A stretch of DNA of 62,961 nucleotides, counting the filler. It is 5 parts of 5 records of this genome, joined end to end, with 100 filler letters (N's around TTAATTAATTAA, not from the genome) between each part and the next. Parts side by side here need not be neighbours in the genome. Positions count along the whole stretch, not along the records: positions 1 to 30,019 come from SRR31156797_6505; 4 more parts are not named here. One strand, written 5' to 3'. The notes under the pieces are model-generated. The model was given only the letters and a program-made list of their open reading frames with translations. It searched no databases and was not told the origin of the DNA. Each line of letters opens with the position of its first letter. The first letter of the stretch is position 1. This document shows positions 1 through 9,128 of this stretch, one piece after another. Made by a program: the position numbers and the translations under genes.

Positions 1-601
1 CAAAAATATTTTTGTGTGTCTGTACTTCGGGAGTAACATGCAGGGTCAATTGTTCGCCGTTACGATCTACACCAACATTCAGACTCTTACCTTCAGCGGC
101 TCGGATGGCATCAACCATTTGTGACCAGGACTTGATGGATTCGGCTTCAATGCTAATAACCAGATCATCTTTTTGAAATCCGGCCACGGCAGCAGGGCTG
201 TCAGGCAACACTCCACCTACCAAAGGCAGGATGACGGCCTGTCCCTGGGCCATTGCCAGAAACCAGTAGATGATAAAAGCCAGCAGAAAGTTGAAGAATG
301 GACCTGCTGCTACAACGCAGAGACGTTGCCATGCAGGCCTATTGGAAAAGAGCTCTTCGTCGGCGAAATTAGTTTCTTCCTCTCCTTGCTCTCCGGCCAG
401 CGCAACATATCCACCCAAAGGGATGGCAGCGAGCTTGTAGTCGGTTTTACCCGAAGTGAATCCGGCAATTTTAGGCCCGAATCCGAGGGAAAAGGCTTTC
501 ACCCCCATGCCGAACATGCGGGCAATAGTAAAGTGACCAAGTTCGTGAAAGAATATCAGTCCGCCGAGAACCAGAACGATGGCGATGACGCTTGTAATCA
601 T
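1..601 (-). CDS. rseP: RIP metalloprotease RseP, 5' part only (runs off the window start)
   Basis: Manual translation from ATG at 601 gives MITSVIAIVLVLGGLIFFHELGHF (HExxH motif); GAGGA RBS; canonical position after dxr. Not in the ORF track. Confidence 0.93.
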   Translation of the reverse strand, partial: MITSVIAIVLVLGGLIFFHELGHFTIARMFGMGVKAFSLGFGPKIAGFTSGKTDYKLAAIPLGGYVALAGEQGEEETNFADEELFSNRPAWQRLCVVAAGPFFNFLLAFIIYWFLAMAQGQAVILPLVGGVLPDSPAAVAGFQKDDLVISIEAESIKSWSQMVDAIRAAEGKSLNVGVDRNGEQLTLHVTPEVQTHKNIF

Positions 602-667
602 AGTTTCCTCATAGGCCGTATGTTTTGGTTACGGCTTGGATCAGTATAAGCACTCTTGAAAATTTGG

Positions 668-1876
668 CTAGAGGCTGGCGTGAGCTTCCTTACGGATGAC
701 GTGGTCCAAAGCAAGGACGGCATCAGGCGTGGAAACGTCCACCGATTTATGTCGGCCCAGAGCTGATTCGATCAGAGACGGAATGTCAAGGAATTGTATT
801 TTCCCTTCGAGGAAAGCAGCCACAGCAATTTCGTTGGCTGCGTTGAGCACGATGGGATGGCTGGGGCTGGCATCAAATGCCTCGCGAGCAAGTCGCAGGC
901 AGGGGAATGCTTCAAGATCGGGTTCATTGAATGTCAGGCTTCCGACCTGTGCAAGGTTGAGTTGAGGAACATCTACGGTTACGCGATGCGGAAAACAAAG
1001 GCAGTGGGCGATAGGTATTTGCATGTCAGGTGTGCCAATGTGCGCCAACTGCGAACCATCTACATATTCCACCAGCGAGTGGATAATGGATTGAGGGTGG
1101 ACGACGACATCAACATCGGACGGCGGTACCCCGTAGAGATGACAAGCCTCGATCAGTTCCAGTCCCTTATTCATGAGCGTCGCGGAATCAATGGATATCT
1201 TTGCACCCATGTCCCAGTTGGGGTGGTTCAAAGCTTGTTCGCGGGTGACTGTTTCAAGGAACGTCCTGTCTTTTCCGTAAAAAGGACCGCCAGATGCCGT
1301 CAGAATAAGGCGTTTAAGTTCCTGTTCACAATTTTTGCTATGCCCCATTAGCCCTTGGAACAAGGCGTTATGTTCTGAGTCTACGGGAAGAATTGTTGCC
1401 CCGGAGGCGTGGCATGCATCGCGAATAATATGACCGCCGAGAACAAGGGATTCCTTGTTGGCCAGACCGATCATCTTGCCAGCTTGGGCTGCGGCCAGCG
1501 TCGGCTCGAAACCGGCGGCTCCGACAATGCTGGACAGAACAAGATCGATTTCTTCAATTCGGGCGAGTTCAACGTACGCCTTGGGGCCGACAAGTATTTT
1601 CGGGGTGTAACCGGTGGGTAGATTCGCGCTGAAGTCCTTAAGCGCCGTATCATTGAGTACCGCTGCGTATTTCGGACGAAATTCGGCACAAAGTTGTGCC
1701 AGCTTCGTTCCGTTGCGTCCACCGGCCAAAGCCGTGACTGTGAACATCTCCGGGTGTTTTCGTATGACCTTGAGGGCAGAATCCCCAATGGAACCAGTCG
1801 CACCAAGGATGCTTATGGACCGAGGAAAATCCGGTAAGGGTGCCGTTTCAGGCCAGAAAGAAATATAGGATTTCAC
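668..1876 (-). CDS. dxr: 1-deoxy-D-xylulose 5-phosphate reductoisomerase
   Basis: ILGATGSIG, LANKESLV, PVDSEH, LTASGGPF and HPNWDMGAKISIDSATLMNKGLE motifs. Confidence 0.98.
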   Translation of the reverse strand: MKSYISFWPETAPLPDFPRSISILGATGSIGDSALKVIRKHPEMFTVTALAGGRNGTKLAQLCAEFRPKYAAVLNDTALKDFSANLPTGYTPKILVGPKAYVELARIEEIDLVLSSIVGAAGFEPTLAAAQAGKMIGLANKESLVLGGHIIRDACHASGATILPVDSEHNALFQGLMGHSKNCEQELKRLILTASGGPFYGKDRTFLETVTREQALNHPNWDMGAKISIDSATLMNKGLELIEACHLYGVPPSDVDVVVHPQSIIHSLVEYVDGSQLAHIGTPDMQIPIAHCLCFPHRVTVDVPQLNLAQVGSLTFNEPDLEAFPCLRLAREAFDASPSHPIVLNAANEIAVAAFLEGKIQFLDIPSLIESALGRHKSVDVSTPDAVLALDHVIRKEAHASL

Positions 1877-1895
1877 GAGAGTCCTCGTTGGACCT

Positions 1896-2699
1896 TTATT
1901 GGAAGAAAGGGTGGAACATGGCGATTAATCCATAAGTGGGGATTGCCAACAAGAGGCTGTCCACACGGTCGAGCAGGCCGCCATGACCTGGAAGAATGAC
2001 ACCGGAATCTTTGATGTCGAGTGTCCGTTTTAGAGCAGACTCGAAGAAATCGCCGAACTGGGCTGCGATGTTTAAGGCTATACCGAGGAGTATCCATTGC
2101 CACCAGTGGGCAGAGCCAAAACTCATTCCATACGTTGTTATGGCGATGGTACAGGCGGCAAGTCCGGCAAGCGATCCAATCCATGATTTTTTGGGGCTGA
2201 CACGAGGCCATATTTTTTTCTTTCCCCACATGGTGCCGGCGTAAAAGGCTGCAGTGTCAGATATAGTTGCCGCTCCGAGTACCAGAATAATTTCAACTGG
2301 CTGCATGGTCAGGACAAAATGAAAATTCAGAGGAATATATATCAACCCGGCCAAAAAAATAGCGGCATGGCGGTATGAAGCTGTCACGTCTTTGTTGTAC
2401 CTGAGGAGAAAAACAAACCCTGAGGCCCAGAATGCAATGAGCAAAACCGCGGCCGGATAACTTGTGTTTCCGGTAGTGAATGCGCCCAGCAACAAGAAGG
2501 TGAACGCTGCTCCAAGGGATTTGAAGGCAGTCATGGATTGAACTGGGCGGAACATGGAGTAGAACTCCCACAGGGTCAGGACGCAAAACAGGGCGAGTAC
2601 TGTGAACAGAACCCAACCCTGAAAGATAAGGGCCATGGCCGGAAGGATGGCCAGCCCGATGCTTGTGGCAATTCGTTGTTTGTGTGGGGAGATATCCAT
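1896..2699 (-). CDS. cdsA: Phosphatidate cytidylyltransferase
   Basis: Multi-TM protein; SPKKSWIG and GDFFESALKR...IKDSG.ILPGHGGLLDRVD signature. Start could be 2711 (TTG). Confidence 0.96.
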   Translation of the reverse strand: MDISPHKQRIATSIGLAILPAMALIFQGWVLFTVLALFCVLTLWEFYSMFRPVQSMTAFKSLGAAFTFLLLGAFTTGNTSYPAAVLLIAFWASGFVFLLRYNKDVTASYRHAAIFLAGLIYIPLNFHFVLTMQPVEIILVLGAATISDTAAFYAGTMWGKKKIWPRVSPKKSWIGSLAGLAACTIAITTYGMSFGSAHWWQWILLGIALNIAAQFGDFFESALKRTLDIKDSGVILPGHGGLLDRVDSLLLAIPTYGLIAMFHPFFQ

Positions 2700-2816
2700 A
2701 AATGATTTCAATGGTTACATGTGTTGCCGCGTTGAATGCGAGTTCTGCTTATCTACGCTATTTGAAAGACGGGGGCAATAAGTCAAGTAAAACAATCATT
2801 GATACTCTAAAATGAA

Positions 2817-3533
2817 CTATTGGTCGGCGAGTTGTTCCGATGTTTTGCCAAAACGGCGTTGTCGGTGATTCAGCTCATTAATGGCTTTGTCCAATTCATC
2901 CGGGGTAAAATCCGGCCAGTAAATGTCTGTAAAGTAAAGTTCCGAATAGGCACACTGGAACAAAAGATAATTGGACAGCCGGAGTTCGCCGCTGGTGCGT
3001 ATAATTAAATCAGGATCAGGTTGGCCCGCAGTCCATAATTCATCGGCAAAACCTTCTTCGGTAATGGCGTCGGGAGATACTCCTTTAGAGACCATTGCGC
3101 GTGTTGCTCGAAGGATATCTTCTCTTCCTGAATAATTCAGGGCAAGATTCAAGGTTATGTTCGTACAGTTTTTGGTCTGGCGTATGACGTGCTTAAGCAG
3201 TTGACGTACTGTTAATGGCATATCGTCAAGTTCACCCAGTACCTTGAGTCGAATTCCCTGTTCTTTGAGGCTCTTTTCTTCTTTGGTCAGGAAAGAAGTC
3301 AACAGTTCGAACAGGGTCTTGATCTCGGCTTTCGGGCGCGACCAATTTTCTTTGGAAAAGGTGTAGAGCGTGAGGTGCTTCACGCCAAGCTCTCGGCAAC
3401 GGGTGACCACGGCGCGAACTGCCTCGGTTCCGGCTTTATGACCGTCGGTCCGATTCAGTCCGCGCTGTTTGGCCCACCTGCCATTGCCATCCATAATGAT
3501 GGCTATATGAGCGGGAATATGTACGTTATTCAA
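2817..3533 (-). CDS. uppS: Undecaprenyl diphosphate synthase
   Basis: HIAIIMDGNGRWAK, FSKENWSRP, PDLIIRTSGE.RLSNYL motifs. Confidence 0.98.
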   Translation of the reverse strand: MNNVHIPAHIAIIMDGNGRWAKQRGLNRTDGHKAGTEAVRAVVTRCRELGVKHLTLYTFSKENWSRPKAEIKTLFELLTSFLTKEEKSLKEQGIRLKVLGELDDMPLTVRQLLKHVIRQTKNCTNITLNLALNYSGREDILRATRAMVSKGVSPDAITEEGFADELWTAGQPDPDLIIRTSGELRLSNYLLFQCAYSELYFTDIYWPDFTPDELDKAINELNHRQRRFGKTSEQLADQ

Positions 3534-3545
3534 GTGAATGTCCTA

Positions 3546-4100
3546 CTAGATCTCAAGGATTTCCTTTTCTTTTCCAGCAAGGACTTCATCAGTCTGTTTG
3601 ACGAAATCATCCGTCATTTTCTGGACATTGGTTTCGCCGTTCTTTTTGTCGTCTTCGCTGATGTCTTTGTCTTTTTCCATCTTCTTGAGCACGTCGTTCA
3701 TGTCACGACGCACATTGCGGATGGCGATCTTGGCATCTTCCGAATATTTTTTGGCGACTTTGACCAGTTCTTTGCGGCGCTCCTCGGTCAGGGGCGGAAT
3801 GCTGATACGGATGATTTTTCCGTCGTTGATCGGATTGAGGCCGAGGTCAGAACTTTGAATGGCTTTTTCAACCGCCCCGAATGCTCCCTTGTCCCAAGGC
3901 TGAATGGTGATGGTCTTGGAGTCGGGGACGGACACTGAGGAAAGCTGGTTGATGGGCGTGGGGGTGCCGTAGTAATCTACGACAATCCCGTCTACCAGAG
4001 CTGTGGTTGCACGGCCTGTGCGCAGCTTGCTGAATTCTTTGTCAAGGGCTGCTATGGCCCCGGCCATCCTTTTTTTCCCATCGTCTAGTACGGATTGCAT
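3546..4100 (-). CDS. frr: Ribosome recycling factor
   Basis: [29 protein letters not shown]; synteny. Confidence 0.98.
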   Translation of the reverse strand: MQSVLDDGKKRMAGAIAALDKEFSKLRTGRATTALVDGIVVDYYGTPTPINQLSSVSVPDSKTITIQPWDKGAFGAVEKAIQSSDLGLNPINDGKIIRISIPPLTEERRKELVKVAKKYSEDAKIAIRNVRRDMNDVLKKMEKDKDISEDDKKNGETNVQKMTDDFVKQTDEVLAGKEKEILEI

Positions 4101-4101
4101 C

Positions 4102-4821
4102 TTAGTCTCCTTGGACAGTCGTTCCTATGTTTTCGCCGTTGGCGGCCCTGCGGATGTTGCCTTCAGTATGCAGATTGAAGACAATGATCGGCAGGTCGTT
4201 ATCGCGAGCCATGGAAATGGCGGTGGAGTCCATGACGCCGAGCCGCTTTTCCAGGGTCTCCATGTACGAGACTGTTTCATACTTGACTGCGTCATCAAAT
4301 TGGGCAGGGTCTTTGTCGTACACGCCGTCCACTTTGGTGGCTTTGAAAATGGCGTCGCACTTGAGTTCAAGAGCGCGCAAAGCAGCTGCAGAATCAGTGG
4401 TGAAGTAGGGGTTGCCGGTTCCGGCTGCACAGATGACCACGCGGCCTTTGTCCATGTGCCGGAGTGCGCGTCTGCGAATATACGGCTCGGCTACGTCCGC
4501 CATGGAGAGGGCGGTCATGACACGGGTGTCGCAACCGTTCTTTTCCAGAGCGTCCTGTACGGCCAGAGCGTTCATAATCGTGGCGAGCATTCCCATGTAA
4601 TCACCCTGAGCGCGGTCCATGCCCTTGGCACTGGCTGCCATACCGCGGAAGATGTTTCCACCGCCGATGACGAGTGCGATCTGGAGCCCTGTGGATGCCA
4701 CTTCGGCAATTTCCTTGGCAAACTGACCGATGGCCTCCGGCTGAATACCGAATTGTTGATCCCCGGCCAGAGCTTCGCCACTGAGTTTCAGAAGAATTCG
4801 CGAGTACCGCGCTTTTTCCAT
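4102..4821 (-). CDS. pyrH: UMP kinase
   Basis: [34 protein letters not shown]. Confidence 0.98.
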   Translation of the reverse strand: MEKARYSRILLKLSGEALAGDQQFGIQPEAIGQFAKEIAEVASTGLQIALVIGGGNIFRGMAASAKGMDRAQGDYMGMLATIMNALAVQDALEKNGCDTRVMTALSMADVAEPYIRRRALRHMDKGRVVICAAGTGNPYFTTDSAAALRALELKCDAIFKATKVDGVYDKDPAQFDDAVKYETVSYMETLEKRLGVMDSTAISMARDNDLPIIVFNLHTEGNIRRAANGENIGTTVQGD

Positions 4822-4890
4822 TGTTACCTCTTCATGTATGGAAAGTTCATAAAATAGTCTCGCCCAAAGGCGATAGCATGTTTTTCAGAC

Positions 4891-4920
4891 AAAAAAAACG
4901 GGCCGTGCGGCCCGTTTTCA
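4891..4920 (-). terminator. Intrinsic terminator after tsf
   Basis: AAAACGGGCCG-(TG)-CGGCCCGTTTT hairpin followed by a T8 tract on the minus strand. Confidence 0.85.
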
Positions 4921-4937
4921 TTTTTTTAGAGCATCAA

Positions 4938-5747
4938 CTACTCGGCCTTTTCTCCAAGGGCGAGTCGCTGGAAGCTGGCGACGGTGGCGTCACCAAGGAT
5001 CTGCTTGATGGTCTGCTTGTCGTCCTTGATGAAGGCCTGCTCTACGAGGCAGACTTCTTTGTAGAACTTGTTCAGACGACCAGTGACGATCTTTTCGGCG
5101 ATGTTTTCGGGCTTGCCTTCGTCCATGGCCTGCTTCAGGTAGAGAGCTTTTTCCTTTTCCAGGACATCCTGAGGAAGCTCATCAGAAGTCTTGCAGGCAG
5201 GGTTCATGGCGGCTACGTGCATGGCAATGTCTTTGGCCATGTCTGCATCGTCAGTACCGGTCAGCTCGACGACAGCGGCGAGCTTGTTGTTGGAGTGCAG
5301 GTAGATGCCCAGCACGCCTTCGGTGGTGATTTTGGCAAAACGGCCAACACCCATGTTCTCGCCAAGTTTGGCGATGAGGTCGGTAACGTCAGCCACTTCA
5401 GCGGGCAGATCGTCTGCTGCGCCAGTGGTCACATCCAGACCAGCGATTTTTTCGGACAGCGCTGTTGCGAAGGACTTGAAGTCGTCGCCTTTGGCAACGA
5501 AGTCTGTTTCACAGAGCAGTTCGGCGATGACGGCAGTTTTGCCATCTTCAGAGATATAAGGAGTAACCAGACCTTCGGAAGTGGCACGTCCAGCCTTCTT
5601 GGCGGCTTTGGACAGACCCTTCTCGCGAAGGTACATGACTGCTTTTTCTTCGTCGCCACCGGACTCAACCAGGGCTTTTTTGCAATCCATCATGCCTGCG
5701 CCGGTCTTTTCGCGCAGTCCTTTAACTTGTGCAGCAGTGATAGCCAT
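4938..5747 (-). CDS. tsf: Elongation factor Ts
   Basis: LREKTGAGMMDCKKAL, ELLCETDFVA, DIAMHVAA. Confidence 0.98.
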   Translation of the reverse strand: MAITAAQVKGLREKTGAGMMDCKKALVESGGDEEKAVMYLREKGLSKAAKKAGRATSEGLVTPYISEDGKTAVIAELLCETDFVAKGDDFKSFATALSEKIAGLDVTTGAADDLPAEVADVTDLIAKLGENMGVGRFAKITTEGVLGIYLHSNNKLAAVVELTGTDDADMAKDIAMHVAAMNPACKTSDELPQDVLEKEKALYLKQAMDEGKPENIAEKIVTGRLNKFYKEVCLVEQAFIKDDKQTIKQILGDATVASFQRLALGEKAE

Positions 5748-5749
5748 TA

Positions 5750-6625
5750 TTATTTCTCCTCCGCAGGAGCCTCAGCAGGGGCTTCGGCCTTCTCTTCGGT
5801 TTTAGCTTCTTTCTTAGGAGCAGCTTTCTTCTTTTTTTCTACCTTGGGGCCATCTTTCTTGGCTTCTTCCTTGGGAGCCTCGGCGGCTTTGGCAGCCTTG
5901 GCAGCTTTGGCTTCAGCTTCAGCTTTTGCAGTGTAATCCTTCTGCATGGCTGCGCCTTCGAGACAGGCATCGGCCATGTGAGTGGCAAACAGCTTGATAG
6001 CACGGATAGCGTCGTCGTTACCGGGGATGATGTAATCAACCATGTCGGGATCGCAGTTGGAGTCGACAACGGCTACAACGGGGATACCGAGCTTGCGGCA
6101 TTCCTGAATGGCGATCTGTTCGCGCTTGGGATCGATGACGAAAGCAGCACGGGGAGCTTCGTTCAGGTCCTTGATACCACCCAGAGCCAGGTTCAGCTTT
6201 TTGACCTCACGGTTCATGCCTACTGCTTCTTTCTTGGTGTAGCGGGAGATGGAACCGTCTTCGAACATTTGCTCAAGGTTCTTGAGGCGATCGATGGAAC
6301 GTTTGATGGTCTGGAAGTTGGTCAGGGTGCCGCCCATCCAGCGATGGGTGACGAAGAACATGCCGGCACGTTCGGCTTCCGCCTTGACGGATTCCTGAGC
6401 CTGACGCTTGGTGCCGATGAACAGCACTTTGCCGCCTTTGGCAACGGTGTCGACGATGAAGTCATGAGCGGTAGCAAACATTTTGACGGTCTGCTGCAGG
6501 TCCATGATGTGAATGCCGTTACGGGCGCCGAAGATGTAAGGGCGCATTTTGGGGTTCCAACGGCGGGTCTGGTGGCCGAAGTGGACGCCGGTCTCCAGCA
6601 TCTGCTTCATAGTTACGTAAGCCAT
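5750..6625 (-). CDS. rpsB: 30S ribosomal protein S2
   Basis: [25 protein letters not shown]; Ala/Glu/Lys-rich C-terminal tail. Confidence 0.99.
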   Translation of the reverse strand: MAYVTMKQMLETGVHFGHQTRRWNPKMRPYIFGARNGIHIMDLQQTVKMFATAHDFIVDTVAKGGKVLFIGTKRQAQESVKAEAERAGMFFVTHRWMGGTLTNFQTIKRSIDRLKNLEQMFEDGSISRYTKKEAVGMNREVKKLNLALGGIKDLNEAPRAAFVIDPKREQIAIQECRKLGIPVVAVVDSNCDPDMVDYIIPGNDDAIRAIKLFATHMADACLEGAAMQKDYTAKAEAEAKAAKAAKAAEAPKEEAKKDGPKVEKKKKAAPKKEAKTEEKAEAPAEAPAEEK

Positions 6626-6629
6626 GATA

Positions 6630-6716
6630 ATCTCCTGGGTTTTTCGTCCATCCTGCAGTCCATTAAGGAGTCCGTGACATCACGGACCACCCGGAGTTAT
6701 GGGCAGGATGTGTGAA
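6630..6716 (-). promoter_or_regulatory. Structured rpsB 5' leader (S2 autoregulatory, t44-like RNA)
   Basis: Outer stem CATCCTGC/GCAGGATG (6649-6656 / 6703-6710) encloses hairpin GTCCGTG/CACGGAC; CACAC and GGGTG motifs on the minus strand directly upstream of the rpsB RBS. Confidence 0.6.
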
Positions 6717-6795
6717 TTTGAAGTCGGGGGTATTTAGCCCAATATATTATGGTTGGCAAGAGGAAAATGCACAATACAATTAAATGGTATGGCGA

Positions 6796-7908
6796 TTATT
6801 CTCCAAATGCCTGCGCCATCAAACGGTTGCCCAATCCTCCAAAATCCTTTGGGGCGTACCCGAAGACTTCGTTCCAGACTTCGGTGGATTCCATGCAGAA
6901 GTAAAGTTGTTTGTCCATGCCGTGTTTACGCAGGCGGTCGACCATGAAGGTGAACTGTTCAACGCGTAGAGGACGAAGTAGCCGCGCTTTGCCGTCAAGA
7001 CCGGGGATGAATTCATTATAGATATATGTTGTGTCTGGGAATTTGTCCGCAATGATCGGGTTGAGCTGTGGCATGCACCGGAATGAACCAAGAGACATGT
7101 ATGCAATATTTTCGGGACGCACATAATCAAAGATCATGTCGATGATTTCGGCGTAGCCTTCGCGCCAGCCGGGATAGTGGATGATCGGGTCGAAATGGAG
7201 ACAGACCTTGAATCCGGCTTCGGAACAGGTACGGGCCGCTTCAAGGCGTTCTTTCAGCGTGGAAACGTCGAATTCTTCATGTTCATTGATAAATGGCGCG
7301 TTGAGTGACCATGCCGGAAGAACGCGATCTGTCCGAGAGGTTGCTTCCATCCATGTCAAATCCACGACTTTGGATTTCAATTCCAGCACGACGTTGTCGT
7401 AATCCTGGAGAAATCCGATGAGATTCTTGGAATAGCCGGTCAGGTGCTCCAAGGCCAAAGAGTCAGTAAATTCGCCGGTACCCACACGGTAACGGGTGTT
7501 CGGGTCTGCTCCGAAGGCGTTGCCTAATTCGTTGAACAGGGCCTCTTGATTAGCCCAGATTTTTAATACGCGATCCTGAAAGTATGCCTGCAAAATACAG
7601 TATGAGCAGGCCATGGGACAGTTCTCGCCGATGTGAATGATACGATAACCACAGCAGTGATAGGCGCGTGTTCCGGGGCAGAATCTGAGGAATTTACCCT
7701 TGTATTCTTTGAGATATAACGCCTGAGTGTCGCCTTCATCAAATTCAACACGATCTTGTTCCGGCGGAACGACTGTCCACGGAATGTTTGCCTGATCGGT
7801 TCCGGTCAATTTGTCGCGTACTCGATTCGCGATGGGTGAATCCTGCATGGATTCATCAACGAACACATGGCCGATTTTCCGAAGGTGGGAGGGGAGTTGT
7901 TTAATCAT
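6796..7908 (-). CDS. Spore photoproduct lyase (SplB)-like radical SAM protein
   Basis: CxxxCxxC (CPMACSYC) followed by LQAYF, plus GEFTDSL, LELKSK, WSLN, HFDPII and YFCMES, typical of SPL-like proteins. Confidence 0.85.
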   Translation of the reverse strand: MIKQLPSHLRKIGHVFVDESMQDSPIANRVRDKLTGTDQANIPWTVVPPEQDRVEFDEGDTQALYLKEYKGKFLRFCPGTRAYHCCGYRIIHIGENCPMACSYCILQAYFQDRVLKIWANQEALFNELGNAFGADPNTRYRVGTGEFTDSLALEHLTGYSKNLIGFLQDYDNVVLELKSKVVDLTWMEATSRTDRVLPAWSLNAPFINEHEEFDVSTLKERLEAARTCSEAGFKVCLHFDPIIHYPGWREGYAEIIDMIFDYVRPENIAYMSLGSFRCMPQLNPIIADKFPDTTYIYNEFIPGLDGKARLLRPLRVEQFTFMVDRLRKHGMDKQLYFCMESTEVWNEVFGYAPKDFGGLGNRLMAQAFGE

Positions 7909-8863
7909 TGCCACTTCCCAGCTTCCAAAGTTTTTCCCATGCAGGGGCGTTCGCGAGGTCCGTCATTTCTGCAACTGCCCGTTTGAGCTGTTCAGTGTCC
8001 TTGATTTGGACAGTCAATTCAGCTCCTCCGGTTTCGAAATTGTTGGGCTGAACCATACGCCAGCGGGTTCCGGCTGTAATTTCTCCGGCGGCGGTTGTAA
8101 ACCGTTCTTGAAGTTTGGTCAGCTCAGGATAGCGGGCCAGTCGGGCCGCATTGGTAAGGCGTGCAATGGAGTCCTTAGGAGAAAGTCCCTGCGAAAGGAT
8201 TTTGACTATGCCTGCGGTGTGCATGATTTCCTGTACGGATTGATCGTTCATCTTGGCGGTTTCGAAAAGCCAGTTCAGGATGTTGACGGCATTGGAGCGA
8301 GACCATGAAAATCCGGTGAACAGCGGCTCTATGGCCTGACGATCTTCATCGGTCATACGAGAAAGAGGCGTGGCTGAAGCCAGAGGAGTATTGCCTTTTT
8401 TGAGCAGATTGCGCCATGTTTGATCCATAGAGAGCCAGCCTGTCAGGAGCTTGGCGTCTTTGGATTTTGGCTTTACGCCAAGACGGGGCAGAATGTTCGA
8501 CTTAAGTTTTTTTTCGTCCATGAGTGGGGCGAAAAATTCAAGAGCCTTGAGGCGCATGCCGTCGTCCATGGGGCGTTGCAGGTTGTCGGTCAGATAGAGC
8601 AACCCTTTATCAACCTCATTCATATCTTCAACCATCCGGGCAAGAACCGGGCGACCAAGGTTGTGAAGAACGCTCAGGCGTGCGTTTCCTGCGACAAGAT
8701 TCAGACCGTTTTTTGATTCATGAACCAGCACCGGAGCGGATTGGCCAAATTCTTCGATAGAGTCTGCCAGTAATTGGTCCGGGTTGTCGGCCCAGAACAG
8801 ATGTGTGCCTGAATTGTTTATGCTGTCGGCATGGGCTGTGAATATTTCGTTGGATATATGCAA
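7901..8863 (-). CDS. ParB/Srx N-terminal domain-like protein
   Basis: LADSIEEFGQSAPVLV...LVAGNARL resembles the ParB N-terminal LxxSIxxxGxxxP...GxxR pattern; overlaps the radical SAM start. Confidence 0.65.
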   Translation of the reverse strand: MHISNEIFTAHADSINNSGTHLFWADNPDQLLADSIEEFGQSAPVLVHESKNGLNLVAGNARLSVLHNLGRPVLARMVEDMNEVDKGLLYLTDNLQRPMDDGMRLKALEFFAPLMDEKKLKSNILPRLGVKPKSKDAKLLTGWLSMDQTWRNLLKKGNTPLASATPLSRMTDEDRQAIEPLFTGFSWSRSNAVNILNWLFETAKMNDQSVQEIMHTAGIVKILSQGLSPKDSIARLTNAARLARYPELTKLQERFTTAAGEITAGTRWRMVQPNNFETGGAELTVQIKDTEQLKRAVAEMTDLANAPAWEKLWKLGSGND

Positions 8864-9128
8864 AATCCACTCCTGAAAGTTTCTGTCTAAAATGAGGTAA
8901 CTGGTTGCAATTACGTTTGATCTGTGTTGAAATCACAAGCGTCTATCAAAAATATTCAACAATTATTGATGGATATGTCGTTGATGCTCATAGCGTAGTA
9001 ACTTGACAAGCTCGTGTTGGTCTTCCTATAGGACTAAACCTGTGAAAAACCAAGTGCTGTGATTCTCACGGGAGCCAAAGGCTTCCGAGACAATAGGGAT
9101 AACCTGAAAAAAGTACGTGGAGTGAAGT

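Noticed and set aside
173-649. Plus-strand 158-aa ORF and many other long antisense ORFs (for example 4821-5936 and 22241-23161)
   Set aside because: Shadow frames opposite well-supported genes (rseP, tsf, gcvPB).
5750-5935. Repetitive GCT/TTC-rich DNA
   Set aside because: Encodes the low-complexity Ala/Lys/Glu tail of S2, which is common.
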